Assembly: GCA_047946875.1 (NCBI GenBank)
Contig: CP181398.1
Span: forward strand, 1,169,329 to 1,233,328
Source of the DNA: Candidatus Kerfeldbacteria bacterium
Lineage (GTDB): Bacteria; Patescibacteriota; Patescibacteriia; UBA10025; JAHIVO01
Direction of reading: 5' to 3'
DNA length: 64,000 nucleotides
Below the pieces are notes generated by a model. The model had not been told where the DNA came from and made no database searches. It saw nothing but the letters and a program-made list of their open reading frames with translations. This document shows positions 43,761 to 51,980 of this stretch, piece after piece. A program made the translations under genes and the position numbers. Within the stretch, counting starts at the first letter, position 1. Each line of letters starts with the position of its first letter.

Positions 43761-45287
43761 TTATTCTTCAATATTTTTATCTTGAAAAAGACTGCGGAAT
43801 CTAAAAAATTCTGTTAATCGTAGTCCAGTGAATTTACCTAAAATAACTAGTCCAATAATTGGTAGAATAATCAACTCAGGCCATGACATAATAAGACTAT
43901 TGAAGGTATTCCATACAATTAGGTAATAAGCTACTATAGAGACAATAACGGTGGATAGTGCGCTCCAGAGAGCTTCTTTTAGCCCTGCTTCGCTTTGTGC
44001 TGATAGAAACTTCTCAGATAGTGTAGACATAACCAGCATGGGGAAAATCGCAATAGATATTGCAAGAGAAATTTGGTAATAAGATAAAAACCAGACAAAC
44101 CCTAAAAATGATAGTCCAATCAGCGATAAGACGATGCCGGTTTTTGGGATATATAATAATTTGAATTTGTTTAATAATTTACGTAATAAATAACTAACAA
44201 CTACAATGATTAATAGTATACCAATCCCAAATACAATTCCTAATATATAAAGTGAAAGTGAGATTACGAGTGGAGTAAAAATACCAAATGTAGACATGCC
44301 TACGAATTGTCTGGCTAGAGTAATAACAAAGGCAATAAAAGGAAATACTAATAACATATAGATAGTATTGGATGGGATTCCTTTTGTAATAAAATTTGTA
44401 ATTGCGTGTGATAGAAAAAAGATGGGAGATTTCTCACTTCTAGAATCAATAATTCTATATTCTATTGCTCTGTTTGTTAAATTAGTTGATAGAAGGTTAT
44501 AATCTTTTGTTTCAAATATTGGATTTAGTGATTCAGGTCTGGTAAGTAGAATAAAATTAGGTTGTATTACTTGAAATGATTGCTGAGTAAGTTTTGAGGT
44601 TATTCCAATATTTTGATCTGTAATTTTTATAAATAATTTATTGTCTGAGGTAATTTTTTTATCTTCTTCTTGATTTTGCCAATATCGACTAAATGCTTGA
44701 AGCCCAATTGATGCGTTAGTATAAAAAATTAATGAATCAGCATTTTTTATGAATTCACTTTCCTCAGTGATTAGAGGTAATAATTTTTCTTCTGTTAAAA
44801 AGCCCGTATCTTCTTCAACAGCAGATATTACTTTTAATTGAACTCCATTATTAGCAGCTTGATCTTCAATTAGACTAAATTCTTCGAAAATATTTTTATC
44901 TGTAATTAATAATACTTGTTTGTCATAAACAAATATATCTTTTTTTATTAATTCTTTTTGTTCTCGTTGTTGGATAGTAAGAGTAACATTATGTAATCCA
45001 TAACTATCAAATTCGTGAATTACTTCTTGTCCAAACTGAGCTGTGTTGGTATCAGAAAAATCCCAACGGTAGATTGGTGTGCCGGCATCTTTAATAGTTA
45101 TAGAGTCTGATGCATCGAACAATGATTTTTTGCCAAATTCAATATAATCTTCGGAAATAATTATTGGTTGGATTGTATTTATATCAATGTTTTCTTCAAT
45201 CAAAAACTCCTGAGCATTTGATTGTCCAGGTATAAAAATAAATATTATCAGTAGAGGGATTATAGCAAGAATTAACTTTTTCTTCAT
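43761..45287 (-). CDS. secreted PKD-domain protein fused to a C-terminal 7-TM module (7TM_transglut-like)
   Basis: Signal peptide. PKD-like IYRWDFSD...HNVTLTI. C-terminal GMSTFGIFTPLVISL plus about seven TM helices. 6-nt gap to the ATP-grasp gene. Confidence 0.7.
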   Translation of the reverse strand: MKKKLILAIIPLLIIFIFIPGQSNAQEFLIEENIDINTIQPIIISEDYIEFGKKSLFDASDSITIKDAGTPIYRWDFSDTNTAQFGQEVIHEFDSYGLHNVTLTIQQREQKELIKKDIFVYDKQVLLITDKNIFEEFSLIEDQAANNGVQLKVISAVEEDTGFLTEEKLLPLITEESEFIKNADSLIFYTNASIGLQAFSRYWQNQEEDKKITSDNKLFIKITDQNIGITSKLTQQSFQVIQPNFILLTRPESLNPIFETKDYNLLSTNLTNRAIEYRIIDSRSEKSPIFFLSHAITNFITKGIPSNTIYMLLVFPFIAFVITLARQFVGMSTFGIFTPLVISLSLYILGIVFGIGILLIIVVVSYLLRKLLNKFKLLYIPKTGIVLSLIGLSFLGFVWFLSYYQISLAISIAIFPMLVMSTLSEKFLSAQSEAGLKEALWSALSTVIVSIVAYYLIVWNTFNSLIMSWPELIILPIIGLVILGKFTGLRLTEFFRFRSLFQDKNIEE

Positions 45288-45318
45288 ATGCAGTTACAGT
45301 AATTAATTTTTTTTAAAT

Positions 45319-45377
45319 TGCCGCGAGCGGCCCCGCCTTGGCGGGATTTCGTCACTCCGTGTCTCAAGACTCTTAAT
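45319..45377 (-). pseudogene. decayed tRNA-Leu(TAA) 3' fragment with GC hairpin
   Basis: tgccgcgagcgg[ccccgccttggcgggat]ttcgtcactccgtgtctcaagactc versus the intact tgccgcgggtgggacttgaacccacaaggtcttgcaacc. Confidence 0.45.
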
Positions 45378-45432
45378 ATTTTAATATAATTAATCTTGAG
45401 TATTGTAATAGTTATTGTTTAAAAATATAAGT

Positions 45433-45516
45433 TGCCGCGGGTGGGACTTGAACCCACAAGGTCTTGCAACCACTGGATTTTAAGTCCAGCGCGTATACCA
45501 GTTCCGCCACCGCGGC
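45433..45516 (-). tRNA. tRNA-Leu (TAA), long variable arm, no encoded CCA
   Basis: rc: GCCGCGG...CTGGA CTTAAAA TCCAG...GGGTTCAAGTCCC...CCGCGGC A. Starts directly after the trmH-like stop codon. Confidence 0.9.
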
Positions 45517-45975
45517 CTATTTGTTTATAATGTTAAAGACAGTAATACCTAGAGCGACTGATACATTGAGAGATTCTTTTTTTCCATGCATTGGTATGTC
45601 AATTATAGTATGACAATTTTTTAGTATAGAGCTATCTAATCCCTTTACTTCATTGCCAACTACTAAGGCAATTGGATACTTTGGTTTTAATTTTGTATAA
45701 TCAATACTTTTTTTTGATTGTTCTAAGGCAATTATTTGAAATCCTTGCTTTGCCAGTTTTTTTAATAAATGATTCGTTTGAGTAATTTTTTCAAAAGGAA
45801 TATTTTTTTCTGCTCCTAAAGCTACTTTGTCTATTTTTGGATGTGGAGGAGCAGGAGTTATTCCAGTAAGGAATATTTTATCAATACCAGCAGCGTCAGC
45901 TGTACGAAATATCGATCCAACGTTGAATCGACTCCTGATATTTGGAAGGATTAAATAAAATATTTTATTATTCAT
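45517..45975 (-). CDS. TrmH/SpoU-family RNA 2'-O-methyltransferase
   Basis: SpoU motifs (NVGSIFRTA, LVVGNE..GL, IPMHG...SLNVSVA). Confidence 0.85.
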   Translation of the reverse strand: MNNKIFYLILPNIRSRFNVGSIFRTADAAGIDKIFLTGITPAPPHPKIDKVALGAEKNIPFEKITQTNHLLKKLAKQGFQIIALEQSKKSIDYTKLKPKYPIALVVGNEVKGLDSSILKNCHTIIDIPMHGKKESLNVSVALGITVFNIINK

Positions 45976-45989
45976 CTGTTGAATGTAAA

Positions 45990-46001
45990 TGGAGCGGCAA
46001 A
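45990..46001 (-). repeat. 12-nt duplicate of the tRNA-Gly(GCC) 3' end next to a GC hairpin
   Basis: tggagcggcaaa is identical to 46083-46094. Followed by ttccgctgagcgggat. Confidence 0.4.
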
Positions 46002-46082
46002 TTCCGCTGAGCGGGATGAGCTTTTAGTATTAAGTGAGATTAATTAATAATCTTAGAATAAAATTTATAAGTTAATTTGTAA

Positions 46083-46159
46083 TGGAGCGGCAAACCGGAC
46101 TCGAACCGGCGACCTTTTCCTTGGCAAGGAAACGCTCTAGCCAACTGAGCTACTGCCGC
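46083..46159 (-). tRNA. tRNA-Gly (GCC), CCA encoded
   Basis: rc: GCGGCAG TA GCTC AGTTGGCTA GAGC G TTTCC TTGCCAA GGAAA AGGTC GCCGG TTCGAGT CCGGT TTGCCGC T CCA. Confidence 0.9.
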
Positions 46160-46273
46160 GCGTCGAAATAGTTTTTCTGGCTCCGTTTCCAATCAAGATT
46201 GAAAACTGCACCATTTACACTATTTCTCCTTCTCCTCGTCCCGAACTGCGGGACTCGGTAAAGATTAATTTAG
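46160..46273 (-). ncRNA. tRNA-proximal structured spacer element, copy L4 (fills the tRNA-Cys to tRNA-Gly gap)
   Basis: rc: ..GTCCCGCAGTTCGGGAC GAGGAGAAGGA GAAATAGT GTAAAT GGTGCAGTTTTCAATCTTGATTGGAAACGGAGCC AGAAAA ACTATTTC GACGC. Confidence 0.6.
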
Positions 46274-46348
<75 letters not shown>

Positions 46349-46474
46349 ACAGCCAGATTAATAATATCTTATGTGCTGCTACGTAAAAATATAATACCAG
46401 AAAAATCATAATTTATCAAGAAGAATAGGTAATAAATATATGATTAAAAGTAAGTATTTAAGTAGTTAATTAAA

Positions 46475-46987
46475 TTATAATATTTCAATAGTGACATGTC
46501 TTATGCCCCATTGCTTTGCCTCTTCACGTGTTTCCATCCAGATGTCGGCTTTGTGCCAATATCTAGCAGCCATACGATCTTCTACAACAAATATTTTATT
46601 GCCAAAGTATTCAGGAAATCTAACACGAGTTCCAATTTTTAGGAAGTTAGCAGCGATAATACCATCTCTTACATGTGCTCCTGAGGCAGTTATAAATGGA
46701 TTACCCGATGTTTGGTCAGGTGTTGAAGAATATGCGGTCACAGGTATCACCATTGTTCTTATTGTTACTGGTTGAGGTCTATCTTCATTAATAGGTAGAC
46801 GGTTTAATGTATCAAATACATTAATTTCCCATTGTTTCGTAAATCTTGATTGGATTTCAGGATATTCAATCTCTATTAGGCTTGTTTGAGCTACTACCTG
46901 TTGAGGGAAGGAATATTGCCAAAATATGATAGTTAATACAGCAAAGATAAGTGCTTTAGTTTTTACTGAATTGAATTTTAATTTCAT
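46475..46987 (-). CDS. 3D-domain (MltA/RlpA-like) cell-wall-binding protein
   Basis: VTAYSS.PDQTSGNPFITASG...GTRVRF...VVEDRMA...ADIWM. Confidence 0.8.
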   Translation of the reverse strand: MKLKFNSVKTKALIFAVLTIIFWQYSFPQQVVAQTSLIEIEYPEIQSRFTKQWEINVFDTLNRLPINEDRPQPVTIRTMVIPVTAYSSTPDQTSGNPFITASGAHVRDGIIAANFLKIGTRVRFPEYFGNKIFVVEDRMAARYWHKADIWMETREEAKQWGIRHVTIEIL

Positions 46988-47193
46988 AGTTAATTTAGTG
47001 GTAATTTAAGCTAATTTTAGCCTAAATGTATATAATTAGACCTATTTAATATTTATTGTTTATTAATAAATAGGTATCAAAAAACACCCTAACATAGGGT
47101 GCGTTTGATGGATCATCTTAGCATATAGGTTTATTGTGTCAAGGGGTATAGAAACATTAATAAAAAAACCTAACATATAGTTAGATTCTTTTG

Positions 47194-47268
47194 TGGAGCG
47201 GGTAAGGGGAATCGAACCCCTGTTTTCAGGTTGGAAACCTGACATAATAGCCATTATACGATACCCGC
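47194..47268 (-). tRNA. tRNA-Gly (TCC), CCA encoded
   Basis: rc: GCGGGTA TC GTAT AATGGCTAT TATG TCAGG TTTCCAA CCTGA AAAC AGGGG TTCGATT CCCCT TACCCGC T CCA. Terminator CTAAC..GTTAG+T7 downstream. Confidence 0.9.
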
Positions 47269-47374
47269 GCGCGTCGAAATAGTATTTCTGGTTCCGTTTC
47301 CAATTAAGATTGAAAACTGCACCCTATGCACTATTTCTCCTTTTCTCGTCCCGCACTGCGGGACTCGGTTGAGA
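47269..47374 (-). ncRNA. tRNA-proximal structured spacer element, copy L5
   Basis: rc: GTCCCGCAGTGCGGGAC GAGAAAAGGA GAAATAGT GCATAG GGTGCAGTTTTCAATCTTAATTGGAAACGGAACC AGAAAT ACTATTTC GACGCGC. Confidence 0.6.
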
Positions 47375-47950
47375 CTAAGTTATTAAAGTTATTCCTTTTG
47401 AAGCAAGAATGGTTACCAATAAAGTGAATGACATATCTCCTAGAGTGATTATGATCAGCATCTTTTTAGGAGGATATTTTATAGCTGCAAGGAATAGTAT
47501 TAGAATGTCATTTGGTAGAGGTGTAAATCCAATATAAATATATGATATTAAAGGAATTGCTTTTTCTAACCATTTTCTTTTTTTAAAGAAGTGCGCAACT
47601 TTATCAATTCTTTCTGTCCACTTTTCATTTATTAGTTCTCGTCCTTTAGAACCTGCATAAAACATTATCATATCGCCAATTGCAAGTCCAATGCCAGATA
47701 CTAATCCCAAGTAAATTGGATCCATGCCTCCGACTACAAGTGTAATAATAAGACTAATGAAGGAGATTGATCCACCAGCAGAAAAACCACCAAACAATGA
47801 AACAAAGAATGCAAGGATGTATCCATTTTGTACACCTATTTTATCTACTATCTCTTCTGGACTGATAAAATATAAAAGGGCGGTCAGTAATATCAAAAAT
47901 ATGACTAGGATTGAAAAAATTATTATTTTTTTTCTATAATTTTCTATCAT
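47375..47950 (-). CDS. DedA/YqaA-like (VTT-domain) integral membrane protein
   Basis: ORF track. Multi-TM with G-rich reentrant-looking segments. Family assignment tentative. Confidence 0.55.
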   Translation of the reverse strand: MIENYRKKIIIFSILVIFLILLTALLYFISPEEIVDKIGVQNGYILAFFVSLFGGFSAGGSISFISLIITLVVGGMDPIYLGLVSGIGLAIGDMIMFYAGSKGRELINEKWTERIDKVAHFFKKRKWLEKAIPLISYIYIGFTPLPNDILILFLAAIKYPPKKMLIIITLGDMSFTLLVTILASKGITLIT

Positions 47951-47966
47951 ATTTTAATTAACATTG

Positions 47967-48293
47967 CTATGGTTGCCAGAGATACTTATTAAGATCTATA
48001 AAATAACTCTCCTCTTTCTTAATAACTTTTACATTTTCTTTTCTTAGAAGTGTTGCTTGTACATTAGCTGAATGTTCTCTACAAGTTGTACTGATTCTTC
48101 CTTCACGATTAATAATTCTTTGCCAAGGTGTTTCTTTTAGTAAATTGTCCGGTAATATATGTAGGGCCCAGCCAACTTGCCTGGCAGCGCGTGGAGAACC
48201 AATCAACGCAGCAATTTGTCCATAAGTAGCAACTTTGCCTCGTGGTACTTTTTTGGTTAGTCTGTAAACTTTTTGAAAGAAATTTAAGGACAT
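47967..48293 (-). CDS. alkyltransferase-like (ATL) protein, an MGMT DNA-binding-domain family member lacking the acceptor Cys
   Basis: Real start MSLNFFQKVY (48293); the track ORF is extended over tRNA DNA. VPRGKVATYGQIA...PWQRIIN (Trp in place of the PCHRV Cys). Confidence 0.8.
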   Translation of the reverse strand: MSLNFFQKVYRLTKKVPRGKVATYGQIAALIGSPRAARQVGWALHILPDNLLKETPWQRIINREGRISTTCREHSANVQATLLRKENVKVIKKEESYFIDLNKYLWQP

Positions 48294-48314
48294 AGATATT
48301 GTTTCTAAACAGTG

Positions 48315-48363
48315 TTGGGATGGCGAGACTCGAACTCGCGACCCCTCGCTCCCAAAGCGAGTG
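48315..48363 (-). pseudogene. old tRNA-Pro 3' portion (nt ~25 to 3' end)
   Basis: ttgggatggcgagactcgaactcgcgacccctcgctcccaaagcgagtg versus the intact tcggggtggcgagactcgaactcgcgacccctcgctcccaaagcgagtg. Confidence 0.8.
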
Positions 48364-48511
48364 ATAGTTAGTATTAATACATCTAAGTCGGGGTGGCGAG
48401 ACTCGAACTCGCGACCCCTCGCTCCCAAAGCGAGTGCGCTAGCCAACTGCGCTACACCCCGACACAGATGTATTACTAACTATTTTATTTTCAAGGTAAT
48501 GATTTTATTGG
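48364..48511 (-). mobile_element. 148-bp inverted-repeat-flanked unit carrying a complete tRNA-Pro, nested in the older tRNA-Pro
   Basis: IR-L atagttagtattaatacatct (48364-48384). IR-R agatgtattactaactat (48466-48483) is its reverse complement apart from a 3-nt indel. Confidence 0.5.
48388..48461 (-). tRNA. tRNA-Pro (TGG), no encoded CCA
   Basis: rc: CGGGGTG TA GCGC AGTTGGCTA GCGC A CTCGC TTTGGGA GCGAG GGGTC GCGAG TTCGAGT CTCGC CACCCCG A. Confidence 0.9.
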
Positions 48512-48549
48512 AAACTGCGCCTGCCTGCCGGTAGGCAGGCTACACCCCG
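48512..48549 (-). pseudogene. old tRNA-Pro 5' portion (nt 1-17) split by a 20-nt GC hairpin
   Basis: aaactgcgc[ctgcctgccggtaggcaggc]tacaccccg versus the intact ccaactgcgctacaccccg. Lies 25 nt after tRNA-Phe. Confidence 0.75.
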
Positions 48550-48574
48550 TAACTATATAGAAAGTTTGGTAAAA

Positions 48575-48646
48575 TGCCGCGGGGCGGAATCGAACCACCG
48601 ACGCAAGGATTTTCAGTCCTTCGCTCTACCCCTGAGCTACCGCGGC
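48575..48646 (-). tRNA. tRNA-Phe (GAA), no encoded CCA
   Basis: rc: GCCGCGG TA GCTC AGGGGTA GAGC G AAGGA CTGAAAA TCCTT GCGTC GGTGG TTCGATT CCGCC CCGCGGC A. Confidence 0.9.
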
Positions 48647-48758
48647 GCGTCGAAATGATACTTCAGGTTCCGTTTCCAACTGAAGTTGAAAACTGCACTC
48701 TTTATATCATTTCTCCTCTCCTCAATGAAGCTACGCTTCCTTTCGGTATAATTCTTAA
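48647..48758 (-). ncRNA. tRNA-proximal structured spacer element, copy L6 (fills the tRNA-Ile to tRNA-Phe gap)
   Basis: rc: ..GGAAGCGTAGCTTC..GAGGAGAGGA GAAATGATA TAAAGA GTGCAGTTTTCAACTTCAGTTGGAAACGGAACC TGAAG TATCATTTC GACGC. Confidence 0.6.
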
Positions 48759-48835
48759 TGGTGGGCGATCCAGGAGTTGAACCTGGGACCTCGTCATTAT
48801 CAGTGACGCGCTCTAACCAACTGAGCTAATCGCCC
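48759..48835 (-). tRNA. tRNA-Ile (GAT), CCA encoded
   Basis: rc: GGGCGAT TA GCTC AGTTGGTTA GAGC G CGTCA CTGATAA TGACG AGGTC CCAGG TTCAACT CCTGG ATCGCCC A CCA. Confidence 0.9.
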
Positions 48836-48882
48836 ATAAATTGTTAATTGTTATTTGTAAATGTTTTAAATATATCTGTATT

Positions 48883-48989
48883 CTAGGAGTTGATCAAATG
48901 TCGCGCTCCCCGCCCGTACCGAACGGGTACGTTCGGGCGGGTAACTTCATCCCGCCTGTTCTAGGCGGGGCAAGCTGAGCTAATCGCCC
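48883..48989 (-). pseudogene. decayed tRNA-Ile copy (5' third plus T-loop remnant) with two GC hairpins and an internal deletion
   Basis: ctaggagttga..gtcgcgctc[48908-48942 hairpin]aac[48946-48971 hairpin]aagctgagctaatcgccc versus the intact gene. The anticodon arm is missing. Confidence 0.7.
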
Positions 48990-49100
48990 TTATTTAGAAT
49001 AAATAATAAATAAAAAAACTACAGTATATATTCAGTAATTCTAGCTATAATAATATCAATTATGCTAAAAAAATCAAGTTGACTGTAGTAATTACATTGA

Positions 49101-49138
49101 TTGACAACCAAAAAGTAATAAGAAAGAAATACCGATTC
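49101..49138 (-). other. 3' half of the pre-16S processing stem
   Basis: ttgacaaccaaaaagtaataagaaagaaataccgattc is the near-perfect reverse complement of 50758-50794. Confidence 0.65.
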
Positions 49139-49203
49139 TTAGCTTGTATAAAAATACAAACTACCGACCATTTTTAAGAGTAGAACTCTTAAAATGTATC
49201 TCC

Positions 49204-50696
<1,493 letters not shown>

Positions 50697-50757
50697 AAAA
50701 TGTGTAAGTACTGTTTTCATAAATGAACCACAGTACTAAAAATTGTAAAAAATTTTG

Positions 50758-50794
50758 GAATTGATATTTCTTCTTATCACTTTTTGGTTGTCAA
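50758..50794 (-). other. 5' half of the pre-16S processing stem
   Basis: gaattgatatttcttcttatcactttttggttgtcaa pairs with 49101-49138 (a ~35-bp duplex, the usual type of RNase III substrate). Confidence 0.65.
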
Positions 50795-50975
50795 AGTTCG
50801 TTAATTGGTCTAAAAAATCCCGCAGCCAGCAGGATGTAAAAAACAAGTAAAGTATTAAATATTTTAGTTGTATTACATCGTTAGGCAAATTTCCTTTCGA
50901 ATTTTTTATGTTAACTTAGCTGAATATCTACCAATTATTTGGTATAGTGTATTTTATAGGTATTTTAAATATATG

Positions 50976-51659
50976 TCAAGCTTTTTTACGTATTCTAGAA
51001 TTATTAGTTTTCCAGGCCAAAATATCATTATGATTGCCACTTAATAGTACTTTTGGCACTTTTTGGCCATTAAAATTTTCAGGTCTGGTGTATTGTGGAT
51101 ATTCAATATATTTTTCGTCTTTTGTAAATGTTTCATCTTTTGAAGATTGGTCATCTCCAAGTACTCCAGGTAATAATCTAGTCGTTGCATCAATAATTGT
51201 CATGGCTGGTAATTCTCCTCCGGTCAAAACATAATCTCCTATGGAAATTTCTTCATCAATGTATTTTTTTATTCTTGCATCGTAACCTTCATAACGTCCA
51301 GCAATCAAAATTAGCTGATCATACTTTGTTAATGACTTTGCTTTTTTTTGATCAAACTTTTTTCCTTTAGGAGTTAGTAAGATGATTCTAGATTTCCCGC
51401 CAGAGGCGGGTCCGCCTTTGGAGGATTTTAATCGTTTAATTGACTTTAAACATTTGTATAGAGGTTCTATTTTTAATAACATTCCTGGACCACCACCATA
51501 AGGTTTGTCATCAACAGACTTATGCTTGTCAGTAGCGAAGTTTCTGAAATTATGGATGATAATGTTTATCTTTTTATTTTTTATTGCACGCTTAATAATA
51601 CTTTCTTTAAAGTATGATTCAAAAATATCTGGAAAAATTGTGAGAATGTCGAATTGCAT
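50976..51659 (-). CDS. trmD: tRNA (guanine37-N1)-methyltransferase
   Basis: GGGPGM, AGRYEGYDARI and GGELPA motifs. Confidence 0.95.
   Translation of the reverse strand: MQFDILTIFPDIFESYFKESIIKRAIKNKKINIIIHNFRNFATDKHKSVDDKPYGGGPGMLLKIEPLYKCLKSIKRLKSSKGGPASGGKSRIILLTPKGKKFDQKKAKSLTKYDQLILIAGRYEGYDARIKKYIDEEISIGDYVLTGGELPAMTIIDATTRLLPGVLGDDQSSKDETFTKDEKYIEYPQYTRPENFNGQKVPKVLLSGNHNDILAWKTNNSRIRKKA
51396..51425. repeat. GC-hairpin element in frame inside trmD (interdomain linker)
   Basis: cccgccagaggcgggtccgcctttggagg encodes SKGGPASGG on the minus strand. CCCGCC/GGCGGG stem. Confidence 0.55.
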
Positions 51660-51980
51660 GTCTTTATAATAGCAAAAAGAGTTGGATAAGGGTAATTTCT
51701 GTCACTTTTTTGACATCAAAAAAGTAACTGAAAAAAGTGTTGGGGGTTTCAATGCGCTTTATCATAATTCGAATATTTTTAGACTATAAGGGCTTAAAGA
51801 AACCCCCAAACCCTAAAGTTACAGCAAACTATAAATTTGTTTAATTTTTTATATGTATGAGTATTTTTTATCTTCGAGTGTATCCTTCTCTGGGTATGCG
51901 ACATTATAATATATATTTATTTAAACTAAAAACCGCATAATATATTATAGCGGCTTTTAGGTATTTTATTTTAAAAATTT

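Noticed and set aside
47083-47150. Minus-strand promoter-like TTGACA-16-TAAGAT followed almost at once by CACCCTA..TAGGGTG+U6, upstream of the 3D-domain gene. Possible short attenuator or c-di-AMP-type riboswitch context
   Set aside because: The leader is far too short for the ydaO-type riboswitch and no conserved motif is visible. Noted only as a possible terminator or processing hairpin.
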